Assembly: GCA_977020255.1 (NCBI GenBank) | Contig: CDROCS010000666.1 | Span: 124,001-188,000, forward strand | Direction of reading: 5' to 3' | From: Obrimoposthia wandeli | Taxonomy: Eukaryota | DNA: 64,000 bases | Part shown: one piece after another, positions 48,831 through 59,698 of the stretch | Layout of the letters: the number at the start of each line of letters is the position of its first letter | How positions within the stretch are numbered: the stretch's first letter is position 1 | Translations under genes and position numbers: made by a program | The notes under the pieces: model-generated | The model's input: only the letters and a program-made list of their open reading frames with translations | What the model was told of the DNA's origin: nothing | Databases searched by the model: none

Positions 48831-51242
48831 ATGAAGATGGCAGCCTTTGTGGTATACACATTAGCCCTTCTTTTATCATCTGCTGTAAGTGCTAAAAGCA
48901 GTATTGATGAGAAAAGAGAAGGTTTCGTAGTGCAAGCAAAAAATGGCGATATATCGTCTGGTGCACGAGGGTTAACAACACTTTATGAACAGACAAAAGA
49001 TCCCCTTGTTCTTAACGACCTGATTGCCATTTTATCTTGGCAAGAGAATTCGAAAGCGATTGTTGACGCTTGCCAGTCGTGCCAACCGCGTGGACTCAGC
49101 CCGGAGTCGGTTGAAATTGTAGCAAAGGCATTTAGAAATGAAGGAAATTACCAAACTTCAGCAAAATATTATCGCTACCTAACACAACGATCACCTAACA
49201 ATCGTGATGCTTGGCTAGGGTTAGCTTTAGCAAGTGCCGAAGCTAACGATTTAGCGAGTGCTAAAGAAGGGTTACGTGAATATCGTCAACGATTTCCATT
49301 AGATGCACACTTTTATCAAAATTGGATCTATGTATCACAGGCGCTAGACGATCACGTTGGTGAAATGTTTGCTTGGCAAAGCTGGCTAACTGCCGAACCC
49401 AATAATAAAACGGCAGGCGTTGGCTTATATACCAGTGCCGTTCAATTGGGCGCATCGCCTGCGGTAAAATCATTACTAACCCAACATCCTGAATGGTTTA
49501 CATCTGCCGATAACTTATGGTTCGACTATTATGAAGCGAGCACCTTGCTGCGTGATGGTATCAAAGCAAAAAGTGCACCGACTATCAAACGAAGTGCAGC
49601 TTTATTGCAGCAAGTTATTGATAAAGCGCCAGCAGACCACCCTCTTTATAAAAGCGCGTCATTAGATTACTTTTATGCCCTCGTGACATTAAAAGACTAT
49701 AAAACAGCGGGCCCTATTGCAGAAAAAATAGAAAAAGAGCAGCCATTACCGCGCTATACGCAAGAAGCACTTGGCGATTATTATTTGGGTACAATGCAAC
49801 CCAGCAAAGCTGAGTTTATTTTTGACGCTATACATCAAAAAGAACCTAAAAACCTTCCGCTTACCATCAAGTTATATTACGCGTACATGGACACTGAACA
49901 GTATGATAAAGCCAAAGTGCTTATTGATACTGAAAAACCTAACATCCCTAAAAATCGATGGGATTTTACGGGTAGCACACAGAATGTAAATGATGAATAT
50001 CAAACCCTTATGCAATTAGAAGCCTTACATTATGCATGGCGGGGAGACTTACCTCGAGCAACGGAAACAATTGACACATTACTCACTACCGCACCGGGGA
50101 ACCCTTACCTATTAGCCATTAAAGGGGATATTGAACGTTGGAAAGGGAATACCTTTGCTTCTGAACGTTATTTTGAACAAGCCAGCCAACTGCTATCACC
50201 TCAAGATAGAGGCATAACAGACAGAGGTAAGTTGATGGCAAAACTTGAACGTAAAGAGTGGCGAGGGCTTCAAAGAAATCTCGATAATTTAAACGACCAG
50301 TACCCAGCCAGCGATCAATACATCATAAACAATGACGTTAAAAAAGCAGCAGCACCAACATGGACAGGCGAATATCGCCGAGGAGAAACAGACAGTAATG
50401 GCAATGTTTTAGTACAAGCCTCAAAAGATTGGACTTACGATACGCACCTATACACAGGAAGAGTGCTTAATGGGTATAACTTCTTTTTTCGTGATCAGAT
50501 GAGTTTTGGTGAATTTGAAGAAAACAATCTTTATGCCCGTTATAGCGGCATTGGGGCTGAAATTCCCTTATCTCCTGTTACTTTATTCGTTGAAACAGGC
50601 GTAGGTGGGCATTTAAATGATAAAGCCTATTTCTGGACAACCGCTGATTATCTAATTAATGATCAATGGTTTATTTCAGGCCGTTATAAATACAATTCCG
50701 ATAATACCCCACTTCGCGCTTTGTTTGATGGGGCAAATATGGATGATTTTAATACCTACCTCATCTACCGCATTAAGTCTGAAATCAGTTTGGGGTTATC
50801 TGGTACGTACTCCGACTTTACGGATGGTAACGAACGCTTTACCTATCTAACGTGGATCGAAGGTCAGTTATATAGAACAGATAACTATGCTGTTCGTGGA
50901 TCAGCCTCTTACGGCACTTCATTTAATGAAGAAATTGAAACAGCAAGTTACTTCAATCCTAAATCAGACCACTCTGGCTCACTCATTCTCACGCAAGATT
51001 ATCACTACCGTATTAACGATAGCTGGGGCTTTGACCAAAACCTGAAAACAGGCATTGGCAGTTACTGGCAAGAAGATTTCGGATCTGACTATAACTGGGA
51101 TGTGAGCTACGCCCAAAAATGGATATGGCAAAAACAAATCGATTTTAGCTATGGTATTGGTCGAAACAGAGGCGTATACGACGGAGACGTTGAGTACGGT
51201 ACTTACCTCTTTGCCAACTTTAATGTGAGGTTCCCACAATGA
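48831..51242 (+). CDS. pgaA: PNAG export porin (TPR + beta-barrel)
   Basis: Signal peptide, TPR-like region, aromatic-rich C-terminal barrel, YFNPKSD and GVYDG motifs; first gene of pga operon. Confidence 0.88.
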   Translation: MKMAAFVVYTLALLLSSAVSAKSSIDEKREGFVVQAKNGDISSGARGLTTLYEQTKDPLVLNDLIAILSWQENSKAIVDACQSCQPRGLSPESVEIVAKAFRNEGNYQTSAKYYRYLTQRSPNNRDAWLGLALASAEANDLASAKEGLREYRQRFPLDAHFYQNWIYVSQALDDHVGEMFAWQSWLTAEPNNKTAGVGLYTSAVQLGASPAVKSLLTQHPEWFTSADNLWFDYYEASTLLRDGIKAKSAPTIKRSAALLQQVIDKAPADHPLYKSASLDYFYALVTLKDYKTAGPIAEKIEKEQPLPRYTQEALGDYYLGTMQPSKAEFIFDAIHQKEPKNLPLTIKLYYAYMDTEQYDKAKVLIDTEKPNIPKNRWDFTGSTQNVNDEYQTLMQLEALHYAWRGDLPRATETIDTLLTTAPGNPYLLAIKGDIERWKGNTFASERYFEQASQLLSPQDRGITDRGKLMAKLERKEWRGLQRNLDNLNDQYPASDQYIINNDVKKAAAPTWTGEYRRGETDSNGNVLVQASKDWTYDTHLYTGRVLNGYNFFFRDQMSFGEFEENNLYARYSGIGAEIPLSPVTLFVETGVGGHLNDKAYFWTTADYLINDQWFISGRYKYNSDNTPLRALFDGANMDDFNTYLIYRIKSEISLGLSGTYSDFTDGNERFTYLTWIEGQLYRTDNYAVRGSASYGTSFNEEIETASYFNPKSDHSGSLILTQDYHYRINDSWGFDQNLKTGIGSYWQEDFGSDYNWDVSYAQKWIWQKQIDFSYGIGRNRGVYDGDVEYGTYLFANFNVRFPQ

Positions 51243-53203
51243 AGATATTATTTTGGTTAACCCTAACATTATTCATTTGCTTTCCATTATCGGCAGCAAC
51301 ATCAACCACTAATGGACGTGCTAACAATACCTATGTCGTACTGTGTTATCACGATTTTATTGATGTGGGATTAACCCCAAACTTACGTATATTTCCAGAT
51401 ACCCTTACGCGTGATCGCTTAATTGAACATTTCAACTGGTTTAAACAAGAAGGCTATAACCCTGTTAGTTATCAACAAATTATCGATGCAAAAGCAGGAC
51501 GTAGTTCACTACCTTCTAACGCAATATTACTCACATTCGACGACGGCTACGAAAGCTTCTACAGTACGGTTTATCCATTATTAAAGCTTTATAACTACCC
51601 TGCTGTTTTTGCTCTCGTGGGTAAATGGCTAATACCAGATGAACACAAAAAGGTTGAATACGGAAAAGCGATGATATCTCGGAAACGATTCTTATCGTGG
51701 GATCAGATTCGAGAAATGGAACGTTCAGGTATTGTAGAGTTTGCCTCTCATTCCTTTGATTCACATTATGGTATTAATGCGAACCCGTATGGTAATGAAC
51801 AACCAGCAGCAACAACCCCTTGGTATAATCCTATAAAGAAACAATACGAAACCTTAAGCCAGTATAGTAACCGTCTTCATGCTGATTTAACGCAAAGCAG
51901 CAACCAAATGGTGTCTCATTTAATTAAAGCGCCGCGTATTCTAGTCTGGCCATACGGTGCATATAGCCAGAATTCGATCAATACAGCCGCAAAGGTAGGT
52001 ATGCCTTATACCTTTTCACTCGATGAAGGCGTTAACTATGTGAGCGACTCGGGGCGCAACGTAAAACGTTATTTAATTGAGCAAGAGATGACACTTGAAA
52101 GGCTTGATGAAATTTTACGTGGTAAGCCAGAATACGAAGGCCCTAAACGTGTTGTGCATGTCGACCTTGATTATGTGTATGACCCTAATCCGGCCGTTAT
52201 GAACCGTAATATGGATACGTTAATTTCTCGTATTTATAACTTTGGTATCGACACCGTTTACCTTCAAGCTTTTGCCGATCCCGATGGCAATGGCATAGCA
52301 GATGCTCTGTATTTCCAAAACCGACATTTACCCGTACGTGCCGATATTTTCAATCGTGTTTCATGGCAACTTAGCACCCGTGCAGGGGTAACCGTGTATG
52401 CGTGGATGCCAGTACTTGGCTTTAATTTAGGGAATAAATATGACTATGTAACAGATAGTCGGTTTAATGCTCCTGACCCTAAGCGATACCTTCGTCTTTC
52501 TCCGTTTTCGACAAAAAATCGGAAGGCCATTAATGAGATCTATACCGATTTGGGTGCGTATGGAAAGTTCTCCGGGCTTTTATTCCACGATGACGCACTA
52601 TTAACGGATTTTGAAGATGCGACACCAGCAGCATTAAAACAATATCAGAAATGGGGACTGGGAAAATCTGTCGCTAATATTCGTAATAATCCTCAAAAAA
52701 TGACGTCATGGTCTAAATATAAAACGCAGTACTTAATTGATTTCACTCTAGAGTTGGCAAACAGTACACGCCAATATTTATCAGGAGATGGCATTGAATT
52801 AAAATTGGCCCGAAACATCTATGCACAACCCGTTCTAAACCCTAAAAGTGAAGAATGGTTTTCACAGAACCTAACAGCTTTTGCCAACGCTTATGACTAT
52901 ACCGCGGTGATGGCAATGCCTTATATGGAATCGGCAAAATCACCTGATGAATGGCTAGAAAACATTGCGAAAATGGCGCTTAAAACAGTACCCAGCGATA
53001 AGTTGATTTTCGAGCTGCAAGCTAAAAACTGGAAGAATGGTAAAGATATTCCAGCCTCTGAACTCTCGCGTCAAATGGAAATAATCAGCAACGCGGGTAT
53101 TCGAAATTATGGCTATTACCCTGATGATTTTATTCGTGGTGTACCCGATCAAAAGACCCTACGCCCTGTGTTTTCTAACCGTAATACCATCGGAGAATAC
53201 TAA
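51239..53203 (+). CDS. pgaB: PNAG de-N-acetylase / GH153 hydrolase
   Basis: LCYHD, LLTFDDGY, HSFDSH, VWPYG; HVDLDYVYD, YLQAFADP, FHDDA, AVMAMPYME, YYPDDF. Confidence 0.93.
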   Translation: MKILFWLTLTLFICFPLSAATSTTNGRANNTYVVLCYHDFIDVGLTPNLRIFPDTLTRDRLIEHFNWFKQEGYNPVSYQQIIDAKAGRSSLPSNAILLTFDDGYESFYSTVYPLLKLYNYPAVFALVGKWLIPDEHKKVEYGKAMISRKRFLSWDQIREMERSGIVEFASHSFDSHYGINANPYGNEQPAATTPWYNPIKKQYETLSQYSNRLHADLTQSSNQMVSHLIKAPRILVWPYGAYSQNSINTAAKVGMPYTFSLDEGVNYVSDSGRNVKRYLIEQEMTLERLDEILRGKPEYEGPKRVVHVDLDYVYDPNPAVMNRNMDTLISRIYNFGIDTVYLQAFADPDGNGIADALYFQNRHLPVRADIFNRVSWQLSTRAGVTVYAWMPVLGFNLGNKYDYVTDSRFNAPDPKRYLRLSPFSTKNRKAINEIYTDLGAYGKFSGLLFHDDALLTDFEDATPAALKQYQKWGLGKSVANIRNNPQKMTSWSKYKTQYLIDFTLELANSTRQYLSGDGIELKLARNIYAQPVLNPKSEEWFSQNLTAFANAYDYTAVMAMPYMESAKSPDEWLENIAKMALKTVPSDKLIFELQAKNWKNGKDIPASELSRQMEIISNAGIRNYGYYPDDFIRGVPDQKTLRPVFSNRNTIGEY

Positions 53204-54465
53204 TGGAGTGGCTAGAGGTATTCTATATATTCATCTTTATTTACCCTGCGGTAATGGCACTGGTATGGATTGGTGGTGGTATTTATTACTATTTCCATTG
53301 GGAGCGTGCACAGCTCAAACTGGCGCAACAAGGTCCATTACAACTCGATAAATATCCGAAAGTTTCTATTATGGTGCCTTGCTATAACGAAGGGGCTAAT
53401 GTCAATGAAACGATCAGTTACTTACTGAAACAGAATTACCCTAATTTTGAAATCATTGCCATTAATGATGGCAGTACTGATGACACCGCTACGCGATTAA
53501 ATAATATCGCAGAACATGAGCCTCGCCTCGTTGTTGTTCATCAAGAAAACCAAGGGAAAGCCGCAGCGCTAAATAATGGGGTTCAATATGCGACCAGTGA
53601 TATTTTGGTGTGTATTGATGGCGACGCCCTACTCGATTTTAATGCGTCGCGGTGGATGGTAAAACACTTTCAAGATTGCCCCAAGGTGGGTGCTGTAACG
53701 GGTAATCCAAGAGTACGTACCCGTACAACCATTATTGGAAAAATCCAAACGGGTGAATTTTCATCAATTATTGGGCTAATTAAACGAGCACAACGTATAT
53801 ACGGCACAATATATACCGTATCAGGCGTGGTTTGTGCGTTTCGTAAATCAGCCATTATAGATATTGGTGGCTGGAGTACAGACATGATCACTGAAGATAT
53901 TGACGTAAGCTGGAAGTTGCAAATAAACGACTGGCAAATTCGCTATGAGCCCCAAGCGCGTTGTTGGGTATTAATGCCTGAAACATTACGGGGCTTATAC
54001 ATGCAACGGCTACGCTGGGCACAAGGTGGCGCAGAGGTTTTCTTTAAACAAGGCATAAAAGTCATACTAAAGGGAAAAACCAAGCTTTGGCCATTAATGT
54101 TCGAATACCTAATGAGTGTTTTTTGGTGTTACAGCCTTGCCTACCTCATGCTTTCTTACTTTATTCAGCTTTTTACTTTCAGCGAACAGCCTACAACTTA
54201 TCAGCTGGTCACATTTGAATGGTCAGGCTTTGTACTGGTATTAATTTGTTTAATGCAATTTACAGTAAGCCTGATGATAGATCGTCATTATGACGTTATG
54301 TTACGTCGAAATTTTTTATGGTGTATTTGGTATCCTATGTTTTATTGGTTTCTGAATGTCATCACCGTCACTATCGCTATTCCCAAGGCACTAATACGTA
54401 AAAAAGGGGAAAAAGCCGTATGGGAAAGCCCTGATCGCGGAGAGGTATTCAGAGATGATGATTAA
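53203..54465 (+). CDS. pgaC: PNAG synthase, GT2
   Basis: PCYNE, NDGSTD, GKAAALN, DGDA, TED, QRLRW. Confidence 0.95.
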   Translation: MEWLEVFYIFIFIYPAVMALVWIGGGIYYYFHWERAQLKLAQQGPLQLDKYPKVSIMVPCYNEGANVNETISYLLKQNYPNFEIIAINDGSTDDTATRLNNIAEHEPRLVVVHQENQGKAAALNNGVQYATSDILVCIDGDALLDFNASRWMVKHFQDCPKVGAVTGNPRVRTRTTIIGKIQTGEFSSIIGLIKRAQRIYGTIYTVSGVVCAFRKSAIIDIGGWSTDMITEDIDVSWKLQINDWQIRYEPQARCWVLMPETLRGLYMQRLRWAQGGAEVFFKQGIKVILKGKTKLWPLMFEYLMSVFWCYSLAYLMLSYFIQLFTFSEQPTTYQLVTFEWSGFVLVLICLMQFTVSLMIDRHYDVMLRRNFLWCIWYPMFYWFLNVITVTIAIPKALIRKKGEKAVWESPDRGEVFRDDD

Positions 54466-55018
54466 CCCAAAAACTAAGATGAAGTCGAGATGCATTCATT
54501 CAAAGCAGCAAACAAAGCACGATGATATTAGAGGGCTTATTATCTGCAAAACCTGTAAAAAAACATGGCAACATCACCTAAGAGATGCCGCTATTGCTAT
54601 CGTCACTTGGGGAGGATGGTTCTTCTTAATATTTCAGCCTTTTATAAAAACGAACTATGAACCCGCTAACGGCTTAGATGTTATCCACTCAATAAGCTTA
54701 GAGCACTGTGCCATTATATTTGTGACTCTTTTTTGTGCCATTATGATCACGTATCACCTTTGGGTTCGATATCACGTGCTTATTTGGCAATGGGAAAAAT
54801 TATGGGAGCATAATAAACAGATCACAATAAATGCTAAATCCATTATTGCCAAAAAATATATGCGAAGTATAAGCCTGACGTTAAAAAAGGGTAAAAAACC
54901 AGAGCCTGATCCTATTTTATCCAGAGAAGACGAAGTAAAAACGTATGATCCTACCCATAATGTTCATCGTCATATCGTAGAAAAGAAGAACCCAGAGTAT
55001 GAAGAAAGATCGTCTTAA
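54455..55018 (+). CDS. pgaD: PNAG synthesis accessory protein, extended
   Basis: Overlaps pgaC end; two TM segments followed by LWVRYH; fourth position in operon. Confidence 0.7.
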   Translation: MMINPKTKMKSRCIHSKQQTKHDDIRGLIICKTCKKTWQHHLRDAAIAIVTWGGWFFLIFQPFIKTNYEPANGLDVIHSISLEHCAIIFVTLFCAIMITYHLWVRYHVLIWQWEKLWEHNKQITINAKSIIAKKYMRSISLTLKKGKKPEPDPILSREDEVKTYDPTHNVHRHIVEKKNPEYEERSS

Positions 55019-55139
55019 TGGGTTAGAGGTATAGGTGTGATAGTGGCAGATATTGAAGACATAGTGAATTCATCACTATGCCTTCATTATTGAGTTGCGA
55101 CTAACTTACTGCTTACTTACTTGCAAGTATAAACTGCTG

Positions 55140-56327
55140 TTATTGCTCAAGCACAGCATTAAAACGTTCAAAACCCTTTTCCAGATCTCGAATCAAATCA
55201 TCAACATCTTCTAAGCCCACGTGTAGACGCAGCATTGGCCCAACAAATTCTTTCTTTTTCGCTGTACGTATAGAGTTAACATTTTCATTCGCTAATATTA
55301 GGCTTTCAAAACCGCCCCATGAATACCCCATGCTGAAGTGTTCCATGCCGTCTAATAACGCCGTTAACGCCGCAGTATTACCGCGCTTCAGTACCAAAGA
55401 GAATAAACCGTTACACCCTTTGAAATCACGCTTGTAAATTTCATGGCCTTCACAGCTTTCAAAAGCAGGGTGACGAACATGATCCACTTCTTCGCGCTCA
55501 GATAACCATTGAGCAACTTTGATGCTGTTTTTTTCGTGCTGCCTTAAACGAACACCTAATGTACGTAGCCCGCGCATAGCAAGATAAACATCATCTGGCG
55601 AGGTGCACTGCCCCATCAAATAGCTACCTTCACGTAATTGATCCCAGCAGCGTTCATTCGCTGTTGCTGTGCCTAACATGACATCAGAATGACCCACAAT
55701 GTATTTGGTTGCCGCTTGAATCGAGATATCAACGCCGTGGTCAAAGGGTTGGAAATTGATCGGTGATGCCCACGTATTATCTAACATCACAACGAGATCA
55801 TGCTCATGTGCAATGCTCGCAAGTAACGGCACATCTTGCACTTCCATCGTGATAGAGCATGGAGACTCTAAGAACAGAACCGTTGTATTCGGGCGGATAA
55901 GATCGCGAATACCTTCACCGATCATCGGATCATAATAGGTGGTTTCTACACCCATTTTATCTAAAATTTTGTTGCAAAATTCACGTGTTGGCTCGTAAGT
56001 GCCATCAACCATTAAGATATGATCGCCTGTTTTCACAAACGATATAATGGCATTTGAAATAGCCGCAGTACCACAAGGATACAATGCGCAACCAACGCCG
56101 CCTTCTAATTCAACCATTGCGTCTTGAAAAGCAAAATGCGTATTCGTACCACGGCGTCCATAAAAGAGTTCTTTATTCGCACGGTTGGCAGTGGCATGTT
56201 TCATTTCAGCAACGGTATCAAATACAATTGTTGATGCACGACTTACAGGTGGGTTAACTAGATGCTGAGTCCACTTTTTCGAGCGTCCCGCTGTTATGAT
56301 TTTTGTATCTAATGCTTTTTTTTCCAT
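55140..56327 (-). CDS. metC: Cystathionine beta-lyase
   Basis: VNPPVSRASTIVF, YGRRGT, ESPCS, DNTW, ATKY PLP lysine, SWGGFES. Confidence 0.95.
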   Translation of the reverse strand: MEKKALDTKIITAGRSKKWTQHLVNPPVSRASTIVFDTVAEMKHATANRANKELFYGRRGTNTHFAFQDAMVELEGGVGCALYPCGTAAISNAIISFVKTGDHILMVDGTYEPTREFCNKILDKMGVETTYYDPMIGEGIRDLIRPNTTVLFLESPCSITMEVQDVPLLASIAHEHDLVVMLDNTWASPINFQPFDHGVDISIQAATKYIVGHSDVMLGTATANERCWDQLREGSYLMGQCTSPDDVYLAMRGLRTLGVRLRQHEKNSIKVAQWLSEREEVDHVRHPAFESCEGHEIYKRDFKGCNGLFSLVLKRGNTAALTALLDGMEHFSMGYSWGGFESLILANENVNSIRTAKKKEFVGPMLRLHVGLEDVDDLIRDLEKGFERFNAVLEQ

Positions 56328-56477
56328 GATAAACCCAAAGATCCTTTTAAAAGATAATGCTCATTTTTGCTATGAGCCCAAGTTATCATACTTAAATGGC
56401 TATTGGGTACTTTATACCCAAGGTAGCTTGGCTATAAAGAGTTATGTACACCCTTAACGCTTGATTTACAGATATAA

Positions 56478-56508
56478 AAAATCCGAGTGTGTAAGCACAC
56501 TCGGATTT
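56478..56508 (-). terminator. Intrinsic terminator
   Basis: AAATCCGAGTGTG-TAAG-CACACTCGGATTT with A-run 5' on + strand. Confidence 0.85.
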
Positions 56509-56532
56509 AACATTCATAATAGACCTTTAGTA

Positions 56533-56775
56533 TTACTGCATTGCTGGTCTTTTTGTTACATCTTCAAACTCACCATCAATTGTCGAGCCTGATTGCTGCT
56601 GGGTTTGATACCCTTGCTGCTTTAACGCTTCTTCATAAGCCGCGGTCACCCGCTTTTTAATAAACGGTTTAGCAATCAATGCTGCGATACCAATAAATAA
56701 CCCCATTACCGCCGCGAAGGTAATGGTAAAAAATCCAATCACAAGAGCAACAACGCTAGCTATAAAATTTTTCAT
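56533..56775 (-). CDS. Small membrane protein
   Basis: 80 aa, hydrophobic N-terminus, IDGEFEDV tail, own terminator. Confidence 0.75.
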   Translation of the reverse strand: MKNFIASVVALVIGFFTITFAAVMGLFIGIAALIAKPFIKKRVTAAYEEALKQQGYQTQQQSGSTIDGEFEDVTKRPAMQ

Positions 56776-56878
56776 GACTTAGCCCTTTTCTTTATCTCTC
56801 TTCAATAGAATGTAGTCTACAACAGCTTAAATGAATCAATCCTGAACAAAAAATACAGGAAGGTAAATAGTACAAAAA

Positions 56879-56905
56879 ATGCCAGTCAGATTTACTGACT
56901 GGCAT
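56879..56905 (-). terminator. Terminator of secDF
   Basis: ATGCCAGTCAG-ATTTA-CTGACTGGCAT with A-run. Confidence 0.85.
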
Positions 56906-56958
56906 TCACGTAAAGATGATTGATTAATACTGATTAGCAATCAGACTAACTCATCGTA

Positions 56959-57858
56959 CTAAGGCTCTTCTGAAACCACTTTTGGCAAATAATGCTCTGA
57001 TTTCAAACCCAAGAATTCAGGTAACGTTGTACCCACAGAAATGGATGACCACGTACCCGTAAGAATACCGATAAACATGGCAATCGCGAATCCTTCTAAC
57101 GGACCGCCACCTAATAACCATAGAGATCCCACGGTCATTAGCGTTGTACCCGAAGTCACCATGGTGCGTGAGAATGTTGCCGCTATCGCTTCATTATTAA
57201 TTTTTTGAATCGACCATTTCGGTTTCGCAATCAACAATTCACGAATACGGTCGGCAATAATTATCGAGTCATTCAATGAATAACCTAAAATCGCCAACAC
57301 AGCAGCTAATACCGTTAAGTTAAATTCCATTTGAGTTAACGCGAAGAAACCCAGTACAAAAACCACGTCATGCAATAACGCAAATAAAGAGCCTGATGCT
57401 AGGCGCCATTCAAAGCGGTAGCTTAAATAACCTAGAATACACAGCATACTCACCAGTAATGCTAATCCACCTTGGTCAGCCAACTCTTCCCCTACTTGAG
57501 CTCCAACAATACTGGTGTTCAGAACCGTAATGTCGGTAGAAATAGGGGCCAACATGTCTGTGATTGATGGCAATTCTTGGCCCGCATCTGGTATTGCATA
57601 GCGTAATACCCAACGTCCCGGCTCACCCGATGCAATAACAGCGACATCTTGATGAAGACCCGCTTTCAATAATGGTTCAATTTCACTACTGGTAATCTTG
57701 CTGCTTAATTGCACTTCACTGACAACACCACCAGTGAAATCTAAGCCCCAATTTAACCCTTTGGTCGCCACTAAAAGAACAGATACAAGCATCAATGTTA
57801 TAGACACGGCACTCGTAAAGTAACGCCACTTTGTTGCATTTTTCATATTAATAATCAT
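56959..57858 (-). CDS. secF: Protein translocase subunit SecF (SecF2-type paralogue)
   Basis: GLNWGLDFTGG, LLHDV, GYSLNDSIIIADRIRE, RTMVTSGTT. Confidence 0.95.
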   Translation of the reverse strand: MIINMKNATKWRYFTSAVSITLMLVSVLLVATKGLNWGLDFTGGVVSEVQLSSKITSSEIEPLLKAGLHQDVAVIASGEPGRWVLRYAIPDAGQELPSITDMLAPISTDITVLNTSIVGAQVGEELADQGGLALLVSMLCILGYLSYRFEWRLASGSLFALLHDVVFVLGFFALTQMEFNLTVLAAVLAILGYSLNDSIIIADRIRELLIAKPKWSIQKINNEAIAATFSRTMVTSGTTLMTVGSLWLLGGGPLEGFAIAMFIGILTGTWSSISVGTTLPEFLGLKSEHYLPKVVSEEP

Positions 57859-57862
57859 GGCA

Positions 57863-59698
57863 CTACACTCTTATATTACGACGAGAATCACGACCCCACA
57901 CCAAATTAATGATGGCGCGAGAAGCAAAAATACCAGTGAACATACTGGTTAAAAGACCTAAACCTAGTGTTAATGCAAACCCTTGAATAGGACCATTACC
58001 AATGGAATACAACACAACCGCGGTGATCATTGTGGTGAAGTTGGCATCAAAAATAGTACCAACAGCGCTGCTAAAGCCGCGATCAATTGCTTGAGCCATA
58101 CTGCGCCCTTCTTTTAACTTATCTTTAATACGCTCAAATATAAGTACATTCGTATCAACGGCCATACCAACAGTAAGTACTAACCCTGCAATACCCGGTA
58201 GAGTTAAAACAGCGCCAGGAATTAACGCTAATAAGCCAAATAACATGATCATGTTGGCAATCAATGCCACGTTCGCAACCCAGCCTAAACGGCGGTACCA
58301 CACAGCCATAAATAGCAATGTAACGCCTAAACCTAAACCAAGCGCTGCAAACCCATTTTCAATATTTTCAGCACCCAATGTAGGGCCAATAGTACGCTCT
58401 TCAACAATCGTTACAGGCGCGGTTAATGAACCCGCACGCAATAACAACGCCAGCTGTTGTGCATCTTCCATCGAACCCGTACCTGTTATACGAAAACGCA
58501 TACCAAGCTGAGATTGAATCGTTGCAACACTGATAATTTCATTGGTTTGGGTTGTTTTACCTTCGCTATCACGTCCGTACTCACTGTATGAGGTCGCCAT
58601 TGGCTTACCAACATTCTCACGAGAAAAATCAGACATGATCTTACCACCCGATGAATCGAGGGAAATATTCACTTCAGCCATACCCATTTCGCCAAAACTC
58701 GCGCGGGCATCAACAATGTGGTCACCACCTAAAATAGGGTTGCGCCCTACTCGTACTGGCTGACCTTGTTTGTTTTTCAACTCCATCGTGCTGCCAGTGC
58801 CCTGCTCTTTCACAGCATAAAAAGCCAAGCTTGCCGTTGCACCAATAACATTCTTCGCTGCGGCAGGATCTTGCACACCCGGTAGCTCGATACGAATACG
58901 GTTTTCACCTTGGCGCTGCACCAATCCTTCAGTAATACCTAACTCTTCAATACGGCTACGCATTATTTGTAAGTTTTGCTGAACGGTTAAGTTACGTAAC
59001 TCTGTTTTTTCTGCTTCTTTCATGGCTAAGCGAACACTGTTGCCATCGCCATTGGTGGCTTGCCATTGTGGATATTGTTTTTTTATAAACTTACGAACGG
59101 CGCTGTTTGCGTTAGAGTTATTTGCTTTTACCGTTAGGTGATCAGCATCAGATTGCTCAACACGTGCACCTCGAATACCTTCTTTACGGAATAATTGACG
59201 CAGTTCATCCGCCAAGCTTGCACCTTGCGCCTTGTAAACTTGGTTAATATCGACATCAAGCAGAAACTGCACACCACCACGAAGATCAAGACCAAGCTTA
59301 ATCGGTTCGAAGCCCATATTTTGTAGCCATAATGGCGCAGCAGGTTCAAGTGCTAACGTTAATATTGATTCGTCTTTCACAACATTTGATAACACTGTTT
59401 TAGCTTGCGTTTGCTGGTTGTCATTTTCCAGCACGATCACGATTTTATCAGCTTGCTGATCAATACGTTTTACCGTTATACCACTCGCTTCTAACTGACG
59501 TTGAATAGCCAAAGCAGAGGGTGCGGGTGCGTTTTTGGCGCTAATCTGAACTGCTGCATCTTCACCATACCAAGTCGGAATCGCACTCAGCAGCATCACA
59601 AGTACCGTCACCACCAGCACGACATACTTCCATGCCGAATAATGATTAAAAATTTGTTTTTGTTTAGTTTGTTTTTTCATTCTCAAGTCGCCATACAA
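57863..59698 (-). CDS. secD: Protein translocase subunit SecD (SecD2-type paralogue)
   Basis: LGLDLRGG, RIEELG, RIRIELPG, ERTIGPTLG, AVDTNVLIFERIKD; start TTG 59698 or ATG 59680. Confidence 0.95.
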   Translation of the reverse strand: MYGDLRMKKQTKQKQIFNHYSAWKYVVLVVTVLVMLLSAIPTWYGEDAAVQISAKNAPAPSALAIQRQLEASGITVKRIDQQADKIVIVLENDNQQTQAKTVLSNVVKDESILTLALEPAAPLWLQNMGFEPIKLGLDLRGGVQFLLDVDINQVYKAQGASLADELRQLFRKEGIRGARVEQSDADHLTVKANNSNANSAVRKFIKKQYPQWQATNGDGNSVRLAMKEAEKTELRNLTVQQNLQIMRSRIEELGITEGLVQRQGENRIRIELPGVQDPAAAKNVIGATASLAFYAVKEQGTGSTMELKNKQGQPVRVGRNPILGGDHIVDARASFGEMGMAEVNISLDSSGGKIMSDFSRENVGKPMATSYSEYGRDSEGKTTQTNEIISVATIQSQLGMRFRITGTGSMEDAQQLALLLRAGSLTAPVTIVEERTIGPTLGAENIENGFAALGLGLGVTLLFMAVWYRRLGWVANVALIANMIMLFGLLALIPGAVLTLPGIAGLVLTVGMAVDTNVLIFERIKDKLKEGRSMAQAIDRGFSSAVGTIFDANFTTMITAVVLYSIGNGPIQGFALTLGLGLLTSMFTGIFASRAIINLVWGRDSRRNIRV

